Below, one piece after another: positions 1 through 9,197 of a stretch of 64,000 bases of DNA. Origin of the DNA: a virus (Duplodnaviria; Caudoviricetes); IMG/VR virus record IMGVR_UViG_2925282926_000001, positions 1 through 64,000 of that record; one strand, given 5' to 3'. Every line of letters starts with the position of its first letter. Within the stretch, counting starts at the first letter, position 1. The position numbers were made by a program, and so were the translations under genes. The notes beneath the pieces are model-generated. The model had not been told where the DNA came from. It saw only the letters and a list, made by a program, of their open reading frames with translations, and did no database searches.

Positions 1-1158
1 TTAATCCCCCTTCTCCTTAATAAATATTTTATCCCATTCTGAATGCCATCCTATTTCTGCTTCATCTGCTAACGCATGATATGTGCCAGGAATAGTAGAG
101 GCTGGGGGAGTCATATCTCTTATTGTTTCTAACCTTGAATTGCAATCAGACAAAAGTAATTGCCCCTGCTCTACCGCATTTAAATTCTTTTCAGTAATTC
201 CAATTCTTTTCCTTTGATTCTTCCAAAACTTAGTCAAACGATCTTCAAAATCCAAAGCAATATCATAATCAATAGTTTCATTTTCTATCCATCTTTCAAG
301 ATTTGCATCTGCTCTTAAAAAATCAGAAATTGCCTCGAGCATTTCATTTTCAGTAAGTTCTATAGCTTCAAGCTGTTTTAAGTATATTGGCCGTTCTTTA
401 AATTGTTTTTTGACTTTGTCATGTTCCTTATTATAATTCATAGTAAAATCAATGAGTTCTCTAGAACGTGAGCGATCAAGCAACACTTTGAATTGTTTAT
501 CAAAGTCTTCCCAAGTCATGATCGCACTTCTACGTGCTGCTATACTTTCAACAACAATCTTTAATACCCAACCGTTTAAATTTTCCATAATAAAGTCAAT
601 TTGTTTTTCAGAAACATGTTTTTTTTGTATTTCAATTCTAACAGCATCGTATCCGGCTCCACTCTCTATTTGCAAATTAAAGCGTTGGATAATTTCCATG
701 AATTGAATCTCATTTTCATTTACTACGTAGTTATAATATTTCCATATCTCATGTTCAACGTCTAACTCTTTAAGTTTATCTTTTGCTTTCTTCAAAGCAG
801 TTGAAGCTTTCAATGGATCTTGTGCTTCATCAAACTCATTAACCAGCCCTCTTCTTCCAGACTGATTTGTATATAGTACAAATTGGGTCTTTTCTATATC
901 AATGAATCCTGAATTAGAAGCTTCTATCCAATTAGATAGTGTCTTCCATAAATCTTTTGATCTATCGGTCAATACATTCCCTAATACTGACGACTTATCT
1001 TCTTCTGTAAGAAGTTCACCATTAGAGTATCGGATTGCAACATCACCAACAACTTCAACACAAACAACATCATTAGGCGCACTCCTAAGAAGATGATAAA
1101 GTGCCCTAGGAAATTGTAGTGCGTATCCTAATAACTGACCAGGAGCATTCGATTTCAT
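1..1158 (-). CDS. Lamassu/ABC-three-component system effector (LmuA-like; N-terminal PD-(D/E)xK Cap4-like nuclease plus ABC-3C C-terminal domain)
   Basis: N-terminal GQLLGY..Q, E..GDV, EEDKSS, LTDRSKDLWKT..NW and C-terminal GTYHALAD..IGWH..W patterns match this family; AT-rich; partner genes would lie left of the window. Confidence 0.7.
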   Translation of the reverse strand: MKSNAPGQLLGYALQFPRALYHLLRSAPNDVVCVEVVGDVAIRYSNGELLTEEDKSSVLGNVLTDRSKDLWKTLSNWIEASNSGFIDIEKTQFVLYTNQSGRRGLVNEFDEAQDPLKASTALKKAKDKLKELDVEHEIWKYYNYVVNENEIQFMEIIQRFNLQIESGAGYDAVRIEIQKKHVSEKQIDFIMENLNGWVLKIVVESIAARRSAIMTWEDFDKQFKVLLDRSRSRELIDFTMNYNKEHDKVKKQFKERPIYLKQLEAIELTENEMLEAISDFLRADANLERWIENETIDYDIALDFEDRLTKFWKNQRKRIGITEKNLNAVEQGQLLLSDCNSRLETIRDMTPPASTIPGTYHALADEAEIGWHSEWDKIFIKEKGD

Positions 1159-1358
1159 ATATTGCCCTCCATAAAACGATATAGCTACTACACTTCCTAA
1201 AAATACATAATTACATTTTCTACATAATAGGACTATTTTCCTCTTTATCCAACAATATTTTTATCTTCCAGTCTCGTAGAACTACAAAATTCATCTATAT
1301 ATTATATTCTTAGGATTAAAAAGAAAAGTATTGATAATAAATAGTCAGGAGGAAAAAT

Positions 1359-1920
1359 ATGAACATCCGCACTGAGGAAATGAAGAAGTTGCTCTCAGAA
1401 TGTTTGCATGAGTATACGAATAGTTATCTCATTGAAGATTTACTTGAACAATTTCCTACTATTCAAGAGCTTATGGATGTTTCAGAGCAACAGCTTGTTT
1501 ACATTAAAGGATCAGATTAAACAAAACACGTCAATTGAGTGCCATACTGAAACTTGCCAAATGCTAGCATCACCTGTCTGTCCAGTTCCTCGAATCTGAG
1601 TTCCACTTCTTAAAAGTGGGGACACTTTGTCTGCCTCTTCTTAAACACCAAAAATAAAGTAATCTGTAAAGAAGTTATTTCCATCAGCTCATTGAATGCC
1701 ACCATTGTTTGTTCACTCAAGAGGAGTATTTCATGCGCTATCAAGCATTGTAGTACTTCTATTATTGTGCTTCTAATCATCCCAGCGGAGACTAGACACC
1801 ATCTCCAGAAGATCTGAATAATTAAATCGACTTGTAGAAGCTGGCGAAACTATTGGGATGAACGTGCTCGATCACGAAATTATCGGCCATAACAGCTATA
1901 CCAATCTACGTGAGAAACCC
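1359..1920 (+). pseudogene. radC: Degraded RadC/JAB-domain gene
   Basis: AGGAGG RBS and ATG at 1359; broken frames still read NHPSGD, PSPEDL, RLVEAGETIGMNVLDHEIIG; several frameshifts and stops. Confidence 0.75.
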
Positions 1921-2029
1921 TATTCCTTTAAATTCATCTTATCTAAACGTGTAAAATCTAAAACTCATAATTCAGTTGTTGTTCATCAGAGGAAAATGCC
2001 TGCATTAGTTGCTTTACCTTTTCCGTGTA

Positions 2030-2148
2030 ATAATGCTGGGCATTCGGGCATAAGAAGAGTATCGCTGGATATTTACTCTCATGTTTTACCTGTCGTTCAT
2101 CAACAGACTGCTTCTCAATATGAGGATATGTTGTTTGGTTCGCAATAA
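2030..2148 (+). pseudogene. C-terminal relic of a tyrosine integrase
   Basis: GHSGIRRVSLDIYSHVLPVVHQQTASQYEDMLFG resembles GHASVKITIDLYSHVLPNMQKETAERFGDFLFG of the intact integrase at 56205-57386; same position relative to an att copy. Confidence 0.7.
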
Positions 2149-2293
2149 TAATTCGACTTCAATTCATCAAAGTATTATGTGAATTTGGGGAATATTATGT
2201 ACCATTTTGGACTCACACAATATAAAAAATCATTTAAAGAATTCTCCTCTGTGACCTATTCGTGTGACCACAACAAATCCAATCCATTTTTTA

Positions 2294-2340
2294 CATAATT
2301 AAGAACGCCATCACATAACGTGATGGCGTTCTTAATTATG
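2294..2340. terminator. Perfect 21-bp inverted repeat abutting the att core (likely terminator downstream of tRNA-Ala before prophage 1 inserted)
   Basis: CATAATTAAGAACGCCATCAC-ATAAC-GTGATGGCGTTCTTAATTATG. Confidence 0.6.
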
Positions 2341-2385
2341 GAGCCTAGGGGGATCGAACCCCTGACCTCATCGCTGCCAGCGATG
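2337..2385. repeat. att core of prophage 1, left copy (3' part of tRNA-Ala)
   Basis: 49-bp TATGGAGCCTAGGGGGATCGAACCCCTGACCTCATCGCTGCCAGCGATG identical to 57433-57481. Confidence 0.95.
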
Positions 2386-2497
2386 GGATTACTTCCTTAG
2401 TAATACGGCCCTGTACTTGAAACCCTTGATACATCAGGGTTTTTACTTTTGTGTTTACTTACTAATCCGTGTTCATTCTTAGTGAAACTTGATAATC

Positions 2498-2519
2498 TGG
2501 CACCATTTATGGCACCAGA
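2498..2519. promoter_or_regulatory. Integrase arm-type sites (GGCACCA repeats)
   Basis: TGGCACCATTTATGGCACCAGA; matching TGGCACCATTTCGGCACCAGA at 57341-57361 and related copies at 57311-57330. Confidence 0.65.
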
Positions 2520-2537
2520 TTTAGAATTCTATCACCC

Positions 2538-2732
2538 TCAGCCCCCGTGGAGCCAAGCACGGAAAACCTCTCTTGCAACTAGTTTACTTCTTCCCGATTG
2601 CACCACATAGAATTTACCAGAGCTCATCAGTTCATATGCCTTATCCCTGCTGATACCAAGATACTCCCTGACGTCTTTCGTTTCCATAACCTCATCGTAT
2701 TCATCTAGTGAACGTTTCTTCTTGTTGTCCAT
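2538..2732 (-). CDS. Excisionase-type HTH protein
   Basis: DVREYLGISRDKAYELM..GKF..V..GRSKLV pattern; last gene before att. Confidence 0.75.
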   Translation of the reverse strand: MDNKKKRSLDEYDEVMETKDVREYLGISRDKAYELMSSGKFYVVQSGRSKLVAREVFRAWLHGG

Positions 2733-2734
2733 AG

Positions 2735-3196
2735 CTACTCTCCTTCCGTTGGTTTTTCCACAACAATTCTTAAATCCAAGGCCAGCTTATAAAATGCTCT
2801 CCAGCGAATTTCGATGTACTTCGGTGCACTGATCGGCGGTTTGAACTCGAAGGTGTAAACCTTTTGATCCGTGATGTAATCATGCTCAGTTGTCATATAT
2901 CGTGCTTCAATCAGAAACCGCTCCATACGAGGCATACGCTTCACAGCACGTTCCACCCTGTCACAGTAGTCTTGTCGATACATTTCTTGGTCAGCGTTAT
3001 AGATGGCGATACTGGCTGTTTGGTCGCTTGTCTGGTTTGTTGGACCGTGAAACCGTTCAGAGTATCCTGCTGTTGTACTTGCTTCCCGCGCCTCGAATGT
3101 CATGTATTTAAATATCCTGTACTTCTCTAATGCAGCCTCTACAGCAGCTTGAGTCAGTTTCCGGTCAATCTCCGGTAAGAAGCTTTGTTGACCCAC
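2735..3196 (-). CDS. ArpU-family late/packaging transcriptional regulator
   Basis: MGQQSFLPEIDRK.T..AVE..LEKYR ... ERFLIEARYM ... RAFYKLA. Confidence 0.85.
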   Translation of the reverse strand: MGQQSFLPEIDRKLTQAAVEAALEKYRIFKYMTFEAREASTTAGYSERFHGPTNQTSDQTASIAIYNADQEMYRQDYCDRVERAVKRMPRMERFLIEARYMTTEHDYITDQKVYTFEFKPPISAPKYIEIRWRAFYKLALDLRIVVEKPTEGE

Positions 3197-3255
3197 CTTT
3201 GTATCACCTCAATGTAAGGATGGTTCCCCGACCGGAGCCGGGGAGTGAAACTATA

Positions 3256-3939
3256 TTAGAACGGCAGATCATCGTCAGAGACAGGTACCTTAACACCTTC
3301 TTGAGTTGTTGCGATGATTGCGGCGGCTGTGGCTTCTTCACCTTCAATCGGAATCTTTGCCTGGTTCGGATCGGTGATAAGAATGTTACCCTCTGCATCA
3401 GTTTTTGGACCTTGTTGTTCTTGGTGTTCTTTCTCCTGCTTCGCCTGTTCTTCAGCAGCCATTTCAATTGTGAGCTGTTCAACATTGACCTCTTTAATTG
3501 CGAATGCGAGGCGTTTCACATCCTCGCTTACAGCACCATGACGTGTGATTACTGCAAAGAACGCTTCAATGTCAGGCGGAAGAGTTTTAAGCAATGGGCG
3601 ACCGTCAGGAGCTTCCAAGACATCATCGTGTTTATCCATTTTGACATCAAGAGTGCAGAGAGCATGATCAATTACATAACGTTTCTGAGGGTCAGTCATT
3701 TGGTTCCACATGTCCGCATTGAGATACAAGATTGCGTCCTTATCCATGCTCATGCGGATTGCCTCATTGAGAACTGCAACACCACTGAATTTTGTTTTCC
3801 CTTTGGACTTCCATCCTCCATGTTTCATAATCACTAAAAACTCACTGTCATCAAGGTGTGTATGATTTTTTGAAATAATATCTTGAAGCAATTCGTTAAC
3901 TCCTGCTGGTGCATCTGTAATGAATTTATCGTTTGCCAT
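3256..3939 (-). CDS. Putative phage metallopeptidase-like protein with acidic DDDLPF tail
   Basis: W..MTD.QKRYVIDHALC...DIEAF..VI.RHG pattern; motif reads HAL rather than HEL. Confidence 0.6.
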   Translation of the reverse strand: MANDKFITDAPAGVNELLQDIISKNHTHLDDSEFLVIMKHGGWKSKGKTKFSGVAVLNEAIRMSMDKDAILYLNADMWNQMTDPQKRYVIDHALCTLDVKMDKHDDVLEAPDGRPLLKTLPPDIEAFFAVITRHGAVSEDVKRLAFAIKEVNVEQLTIEMAAEEQAKQEKEHQEQQGPKTDAEGNILITDPNQAKIPIEGEEATAAAIIATTQEGVKVPVSDDDLPF

Positions 3940-3995
3940 GGGTTGTTTCCCCTCTCAATTTAGGTTTTATAAGATTAGTAGAATAAAGTCGTGTT

Positions 3996-4373
3996 CTATT
4001 GCTGATCGGGTTCTATTGCCGGTTCATTATCATCTGGGACCCATTCGACCAGTCCCTCAAACATGCTTGGATTGATTCCGTACAAGGTGGCTGCCTTCAC
4101 CAGTCCGTCCGCAAAATCTTGACTCTTGGCACCAATGTAAGCATCCCGCAAATTGTCTTCAAGCGAGGGTTCAACTGTAACTTTGTCCGGGTTATACAGC
4201 AGCAGGGCCATCTTCTCGTTTGACAGATCATTCAGACCCGCTATGCCCCAAAACTTTGTCATGCCTTTCGCCTTTGCCTCGGTATGTTTGTTCAGAATCG
4301 TTTCCCGACTCATTGTTGTAAGCAGTGTTTTCACACCTTCTGATTGTTCTTGAGTTACCATCACTGTTGTCAT
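3996..4373 (-). CDS. Hypothetical phage protein
   Basis: ORF with GGAG RBS in the early operon. Confidence 0.55.
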   Translation of the reverse strand: MTTVMVTQEQSEGVKTLLTTMSRETILNKHTEAKAKGMTKFWGIAGLNDLSNEKMALLLYNPDKVTVEPSLEDNLRDAYIGAKSQDFADGLVKAATLYGINPSMFEGLVEWVPDDNEPAIEPDQQ

Positions 4374-4600
4374 TTGCTCCATTCCTCCCAATTATTGAAT
4401 TGGTAATATTAGTTCGTTGTTTCACTATTGAATGAATGATATAAATTAATAAGGGCCGCACACGCCTACATTCCGTTGTTAGTAGGGCTATTCTAGATAA
4501 CCTGAACACGTTACATTAATTAGTATGGGACAAGTGGCGGTCCTTTCGCATGCCTACAGACAGTGTTGTATATCCTCCTTAGTAGGGAGAGGCCCACGCC

Positions 4601-4819
4601 TCAACCCTTGATAAATGGATCAAAACTAACTATTCCTGTTAAAAATCCACCTTCTTTTCGATTGAACAATTCATATGAGCAACGCGCTATATCTGCTTTT
4701 GTCGATCCCAGAAGGTTAACACCTGTCAGCGACCAGTCCTCACCGACTCCATTTTCTTCTCTGGACAACTTCTCAACTTCATCCCAAAGCACGCGCCCCG
4801 TTTTCAGCTCTCTACCCAT
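4601..4819 (-). CDS. Hypothetical phage protein
   Basis: Start overlaps the end of the upstream ORF; coupled operon. Confidence 0.45.
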   Translation of the reverse strand: MGRELKTGRVLWDEVEKLSREENGVGEDWSLTGVNLLGSTKADIARCSYELFNRKEGGFLTGIVSFDPFIKG

Positions 4820-5312
4820 CTTGGTTCCCCTCTCCTTCCTGACCCACCGGATCAATCTCTTCACGCTCAACAGCTTCACGCAGTACATTATAAATCTGCG
4901 ATGCAATCACCATGTTCGACGTGTTGTGCATTAGCTCGTTAAGGTAGATCGACATTACATTCTTGGCGCGTTCCGATTCCAAGTACAATTCATGCCAAGA
5001 ATCGGCTTGTTTAGCTTCTTCGGTTATACTTTGCCGAACCTCTTCAAGCTCCTTGCGGAGCCGTTCCAACTCTTGGTCGCCTCTCGCGGCCTTAATTTCA
5101 AGCTTTGTTACGTATTCAATGGAGTACTCTTTAGCTATTTGGCAAAGATCCTTTGGCAAGTTGTCGCCTTTGTAAATCCCATCGGAAACGATTTTATAAA
5201 CGTTCGCATAGCTTACAACTTCATAAATTCCAACAGGAATCACTTTGTGGAAACTACCCAGACCCGTGATTTCATATTTTTTGGTTAACAAAACTTTTTT
5301 CGTTTCACTCAT
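4812..5312 (-). CDS. Hypothetical coiled-coil phage protein
   Basis: 166-aa ORF, ATGA overlap with the upstream gene. Confidence 0.6.
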   Translation of the reverse strand: MSETKKVLLTKKYEITGLGSFHKVIPVGIYEVVSYANVYKIVSDGIYKGDNLPKDLCQIAKEYSIEYVTKLEIKAARGDQELERLRKELEEVRQSITEEAKQADSWHELYLESERAKNVMSIYLNELMHNTSNMVIASQIYNVLREAVEREEIDPVGQEGEGNQDG

Positions 5313-5932
5313 GACTGTTCTTCCTCCTTCACATTAACTGTGTTTATATACCGTTCAAAGTTCTTATCAATGATTTCCTTAGCCTGTTTGACGGCCTGCT
5401 TGTATTTATCCGAACTTGCAATTCTCATCCCACAAGCTGCATCCGATACTGTCCAACGCCAGCCCCATGGATCTTCTGTCCGATGTATGAAGAATTTATA
5501 ATCGCGTTTGGTGAAAACCACTTCCCCGGTAACCTCACTTTTCTCGTAGTGCTTATTGGTTATGAGGAACGTCTCGGGCTTTCTCAGCTTGCGTACAGGT
5601 GTTTCTTTGATCTTCCTTGGCTTGCGTGCCTGTTTGCGTTTAACCTTCTTGAAATCAGCCGCCAGACGTTGTGGATGCAATCCGTAAGATACTTCTTTGA
5701 AAACTACATCAGCATCACTATAAGCTTGCTTCAGGTATGCCTTGAAGTCTGATTCAGGGATCTGTTCGAATCCTTCCCACCATTCCGGGCCGATGATTGT
5801 TAAATATCTCCGGTCATACCATGCGTGCATCAACTTACGTGCCTTGGACAAGTAGAATTTCGGTGTTTCCTGCCCCTGCTGCTGATCCATAACAACACGT
5901 TTGTAAATTTTCTTGTTAAGTCGTTTTGACAT
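5309..5932 (-). CDS. Hypothetical basic phage protein
   Basis: AAGGAGG RBS before ATG at 5932. Confidence 0.6.
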   Translation of the reverse strand: MSKRLNKKIYKRVVMDQQQGQETPKFYLSKARKLMHAWYDRRYLTIIGPEWWEGFEQIPESDFKAYLKQAYSDADVVFKEVSYGLHPQRLAADFKKVKRKQARKPRKIKETPVRKLRKPETFLITNKHYEKSEVTGEVVFTKRDYKFFIHRTEDPWGWRWTVSDAACGMRIASSDKYKQAVKQAKEIIDKNFERYINTVNVKEEEQS

Positions 5933-5964
5933 TGTATATCCCTCCTTGGTTAGAGGCCGTAGCC

Positions 5965-6240
5965 TCAATACTCTTTCAGTTCAGCAAGATTTATCTTCAT
6001 CAGGTCCCAATTCTCTGAGTAGGATGGGACAACCGTTTGTGTGATCATTTGTTTCACCGTTTCAACTGGAACTGGATAAGTGCTCGTATTGCGGTAATAG
6101 AAAGGACGTTTTGCAAGGTCTTCTTCCGTATAGACTCCTGCTTTGTTCAGATCTTCGGTATACCCAGCGGAGTCAGGACCCCACCAAACGTATTTGCCTT
6201 TACCGTTCGACCATTTGAGACTGAGAATGTAATACTCCAT
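5965..6240 (-). CDS. Hypothetical phage protein
   Basis: AAGGAG RBS; WWGPD..GYT.DL.KAGVY motif. Confidence 0.6.
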   Translation of the reverse strand: MEYYILSLKWSNGKGKYVWWGPDSAGYTEDLNKAGVYTEEDLAKRPFYYRNTSTYPVPVETVKQMITQTVVPSYSENWDLMKINLAELKEY

Positions 6241-6275
6241 TGTGTTATCTCTCCTTTGGTGGGCCTAAACCCAAC

Positions 6276-6446
6276 CTATTTTTTAAATCCTTTGATCCAC
6301 TGGTTATCCTTGTATATCTCAACTGCCATGTTTCCCGGAATGTTTAGTAAGTCGAGCGCCTTCTTCATGCAACTAAGCATGCCGTATTCGTGATTAACTT
6401 CTTTGATGATCTTGCCAGCACTGTTGTATATGTCGATTCGATACAC
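6276..6446 (-). CDS. Small hypothetical protein
   Basis: AAGGAG RBS before GTG; 3' part of ORF 6276-6689. Confidence 0.4.
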   Translation of the reverse strand: MYRIDIYNSAGKIIKEVNHEYGMLSCMKKALDLLNIPGNMAVEIYKDNQWIKGFKK

Positions 6447-6510
6447 GCTCACAGCTCCTTTATGTGGTATGTGGTGGGAAGAGGCTCTGCCCCTTCCTCT
6501 TTGGTATCCC

Positions 6511-7371
6511 TTATGCAACTCCGAAATAACGTTTGACTGCTTCTCCGGCCCATCTACCCATTGGCACCGCAACTGCATTCCCAATCTGTCGATAAGCATC
6601 GTTATCCGTGCCGGCGAACTGGAACCAATCAGGGAATCCTTGCAGCCGAGCATACTCTCTAACTGAATACGGTCGGATGGACTGCCCATCGTTGACCAGC
6701 CGCGTTGACCGATCCTTTGCGTAATGCGCCACGCACGTTGGCGCTCTGCCTTCCAAGTCCGTGATGATTGGTAAATCCCTGTACTCGCCGTTCAAACGCT
6801 TCTGGACGTAATCTGGAGCGTATACTTCTGTTCCTACATCGATGATGTCCTTCATGCTTGCCGGGCTTGATTCGGGATAAGGCAGATCGTTTATTGGTCG
6901 CTTGCTACCGATCACAATTAGCCGTTTGCGTTCCTGTGGAAGCCACATATTTGCGTTAACCGGACACTCGACCCGGACGTAATAGTTTGGAAGTCGGGTC
7001 AAACACTCCATAACAACTTGGAACTTCTTCATCCCGGGTACGTTCTCCACGATGTACATCTCTGGTTGTGCCAGTGCTACATGCCGAAAGAAGTGGAGGA
7101 ACAAATCGTCACCCGTCCGGGTCCCATGAATGTCTGCAATCGTGCTGTATTTCGTGCAAGGGAATGTCCCGATATATACATCTGCGTCCTGTTGGTCCAA
7201 GACGGTGATTTTGGTGATGTCTGATTCATTTACCGCGTGTCCGAAGTTCTGCCGCAGCGTGTCGCAGGCTGTTTTGTCAATCTCGAAGGATTCAACCATG
7301 TGAATGCCGGCCTCCATCATGCCGAGATCCATTCCGCCAGCTCCGCTGAAATAACTTTTCGCTGTAATCAT
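6511..7371 (-). CDS. Orphan C5 DNA cytosine methyltransferase
   Basis: Motifs FSGAGG, FPC, ENV, PQERKR, RLQGFPD, QIGNAV. Confidence 0.92.
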   Translation of the reverse strand: MITAKSYFSGAGGMDLGMMEAGIHMVESFEIDKTACDTLRQNFGHAVNESDITKITVLDQQDADVYIGTFPCTKYSTIADIHGTRTGDDLFLHFFRHVALAQPEMYIVENVPGMKKFQVVMECLTRLPNYYVRVECPVNANMWLPQERKRLIVIGSKRPINDLPYPESSPASMKDIIDVGTEVYAPDYVQKRLNGEYRDLPIITDLEGRAPTCVAHYAKDRSTRLVNDGQSIRPYSVREYARLQGFPDWFQFAGTDNDAYRQIGNAVAVPMGRWAGEAVKRYFGVA

Positions 7372-7404
7372 GTGTGTCTGTACTCCCTTCCTGGGGATGC
7401 TCCC

Positions 7405-7722
7405 CTAAACCACTTTGTTGCATATCCTGCATGCGTAATGGTCAGGCTGCATAACCGCCTCGCCTGGGATGTAACTGTATTGCAGTTCGACCATATGCTC
7501 GGGATGCTGGCAACGCTCCTGCAAGTTGCGTGAGCGTCTTTCTCGATCTTCTTCTTGGTACTTGCATCTTGGACACATGTGGTGAGTGAAGCCCGAGATT
7601 TTACCGTCATAGTCGTCTGTCCATACTTGGCGATGCTGCCAATACGGATCACCCTTTTTAAACGCCTTCCCGCAGTAGATGCAAGGTTCTTTTATCTTGC
7701 GGGAAGCAAACCTGAGTTTCAT
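7405..7722 (-). CDS. Cys-rich zinc-binding hypothetical protein
   Basis: CxxC pairs (CIYC, CPRC, CRIC). Confidence 0.55.
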   Translation of the reverse strand: MKLRFASRKIKEPCIYCGKAFKKGDPYWQHRQVWTDDYDGKISGFTHHMCPRCKYQEEDRERRSRNLQERCQHPEHMVELQYSYIPGEAVMQPDHYACRICNKVV

Positions 7723-7745
7723 GGCTGTATCCTCCCTTAGATGGT

Positions 7746-8288
7746 TTAATATCCGTTTGCCTGGCGCTCATGGTTGACTTTGTTCTTATCCAAGTACGCC
7801 GCCTCGATCTGTTCAAGTGTGAAGTTGAATCGCTGCTGACCAAGAGCAAAGAACATGTTAAATGCCATACGGAATGACGTAATGCTGGAATACGGGCTGT
7901 ACTCCATGCCAATGCCGCCAGCGTGATAGATCAATCGGGTGAGCACATTAGTTGTGCTACCTTCTAGGTAATCGTCAATGATAGTAAGGTCTGTTTCATC
8001 CAGGCCAAGTTGCCGGGCGATGCTCAAGAAGAAGTGGACGCAATCGACGTATTCCTCAAGAAGCAGGTTTCTGTATGGCGTGCCCCATGCTGTTGCGGGT
8101 ACCTTTACCCTTGGTCCCTGATCGTTAGACCAATGCTTGAACCCGCGCCATTCGTTCGCCATCTCGCCCAGTTCAACTTGAAGTGCAAGGATCGTGTTCG
8201 GGAGCAAGTCTTTACCCCGCAGTCCCTTTTCCTCAATAATCCTTGCATCCAGTGTCTTCTGCATTTCGTACAATTTAGCTATGTTCAT
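7746..8288 (-). CDS. dut: Dimeric (all-alpha) dUTPase
   Basis: LALQVELGEMANEWRGFKHWS, LLEEYVDCVHFFLS, KNKVNHERQANGY. Confidence 0.9.
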   Translation of the reverse strand: MNIAKLYEMQKTLDARIIEEKGLRGKDLLPNTILALQVELGEMANEWRGFKHWSNDQGPRVKVPATAWGTPYRNLLLEEYVDCVHFFLSIARQLGLDETDLTIIDDYLEGSTTNVLTRLIYHAGGIGMEYSPYSSITSFRMAFNMFFALGQQRFNFTLEQIEAAYLDKNKVNHERQANGY

Positions 8289-8689
8289 GCAGTTTCAGCC
8301 TCCTGAATCTCAGCCTCTGTTGCAGGCCGGATAACGAATTTTTTATCTCCAATGTGCAGAATGTGCGGCTCAGTTAACTTATAAATAGCGGCTTCGGTTG
8401 AATCAAAGCCTTGTGCGATTTGGTCAGCCGTTTTAAACTCCGTTCCCTCGGTACCATCGACCGTTACCATCTTCAAGCCGTCCCACACTTCCCGGATCTC
8501 TTCTGCCTTGAGTAACACCTGATTGATCATCGGCTTGCTGATACGTGGGTGGCAACTCATGGCATCTGTCATGTGCTCAATACCAAGTGCATAAGCTCGG
8601 GTGTGCAACTGGTTCATCCATGACCAGAACGTATCTTTCGACATGGCTTTCACCTTTTGGAATGTCCGGCGCTTTTGATCTTCATCCAT
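8285..8689 (-). CDS. Hypothetical phage protein
   Basis: AAGGAGG RBS; coupled ORF. Confidence 0.55.
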   Translation of the reverse strand: MDEDQKRRTFQKVKAMSKDTFWSWMNQLHTRAYALGIEHMTDAMSCHPRISKPMINQVLLKAEEIREVWDGLKMVTVDGTEGTEFKTADQIAQGFDSTEAAIYKLTEPHILHIGDKKFVIRPATEAEIQEAETA

Positions 8690-8693
8690 ACTG

Positions 8694-9197
8694 CTATCCC
8701 TCCTTAATGTCCATGCCTACATACAAGGCATTTATCAGATCCCCCAGTGTCATGCCGTTCAAGGCTTCTGCTTCATCCCGCCAGTCATTTGGTGCATTGG
8801 CATGCTCTCCAACCAGTTCATCCTCATTCCAACCGCCCTCGATAGGCTGGAGAAGGAAAACGATCGCTTTCGCCTGTTCAGGACTCACTTGGACCGTCTT
8901 TCCGCGTGGCTCATAGTTGATTTTTGGTTCGGCAATTACCTTTGGTGGTCTGCCGCGTTTTCTTTGACTTGGATCGACGTTTCTGTTCGCCAGACTGATA
9001 GGAGGCTTATCCTTTTTGCCTGTCATTGGTGGAGTAGGTGGTAAAGCAGCCAATTCTTCAGGAGTCAATTTGTACTTTATGACCTCGCTAGAACCCGATG
9101 AGATAGATTCAATTCTTCGGTTTGGAATTGGTGTTCCCAAGGGTATTCGCTCCTTTCTGGCTAAAATAAGCACGTCTGTTCCGTATTTTGGGCGCAA
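8694..9197 (-). CDS. Hypothetical protein (C-terminal DUF1642-like segment)
   Basis: LNGMTLGDLINALYVG segment; start uncertain. Confidence 0.45.
   Translation of the reverse strand: MRPKYGTDVLILARKERIPLGTPIPNRRIESISSGSSEVIKYKLTPEELAALPPTPPMTGKKDKPPISLANRNVDPSQRKRGRPPKVIAEPKINYEPRGKTVQVSPEQAKAIVFLLQPIEGGWNEDELVGEHANAPNDWRDEAEALNGMTLGDLINALYVGMDIKEG

Noticed and set aside
1858-2148. 96-aa ORF as a real gene
   Set aside because: It is a chance fusion of the radC tail and an integrase C-terminal relic.
2337-2385. Second tRNA-Ala gene
   Set aside because: Only the 3' ~47 nt are present; it is the att duplicate.
3130-3837. 235-aa plus-strand ORF
   Set aside because: Antisense shadow of the 3256-3939 gene; no RBS or motifs.
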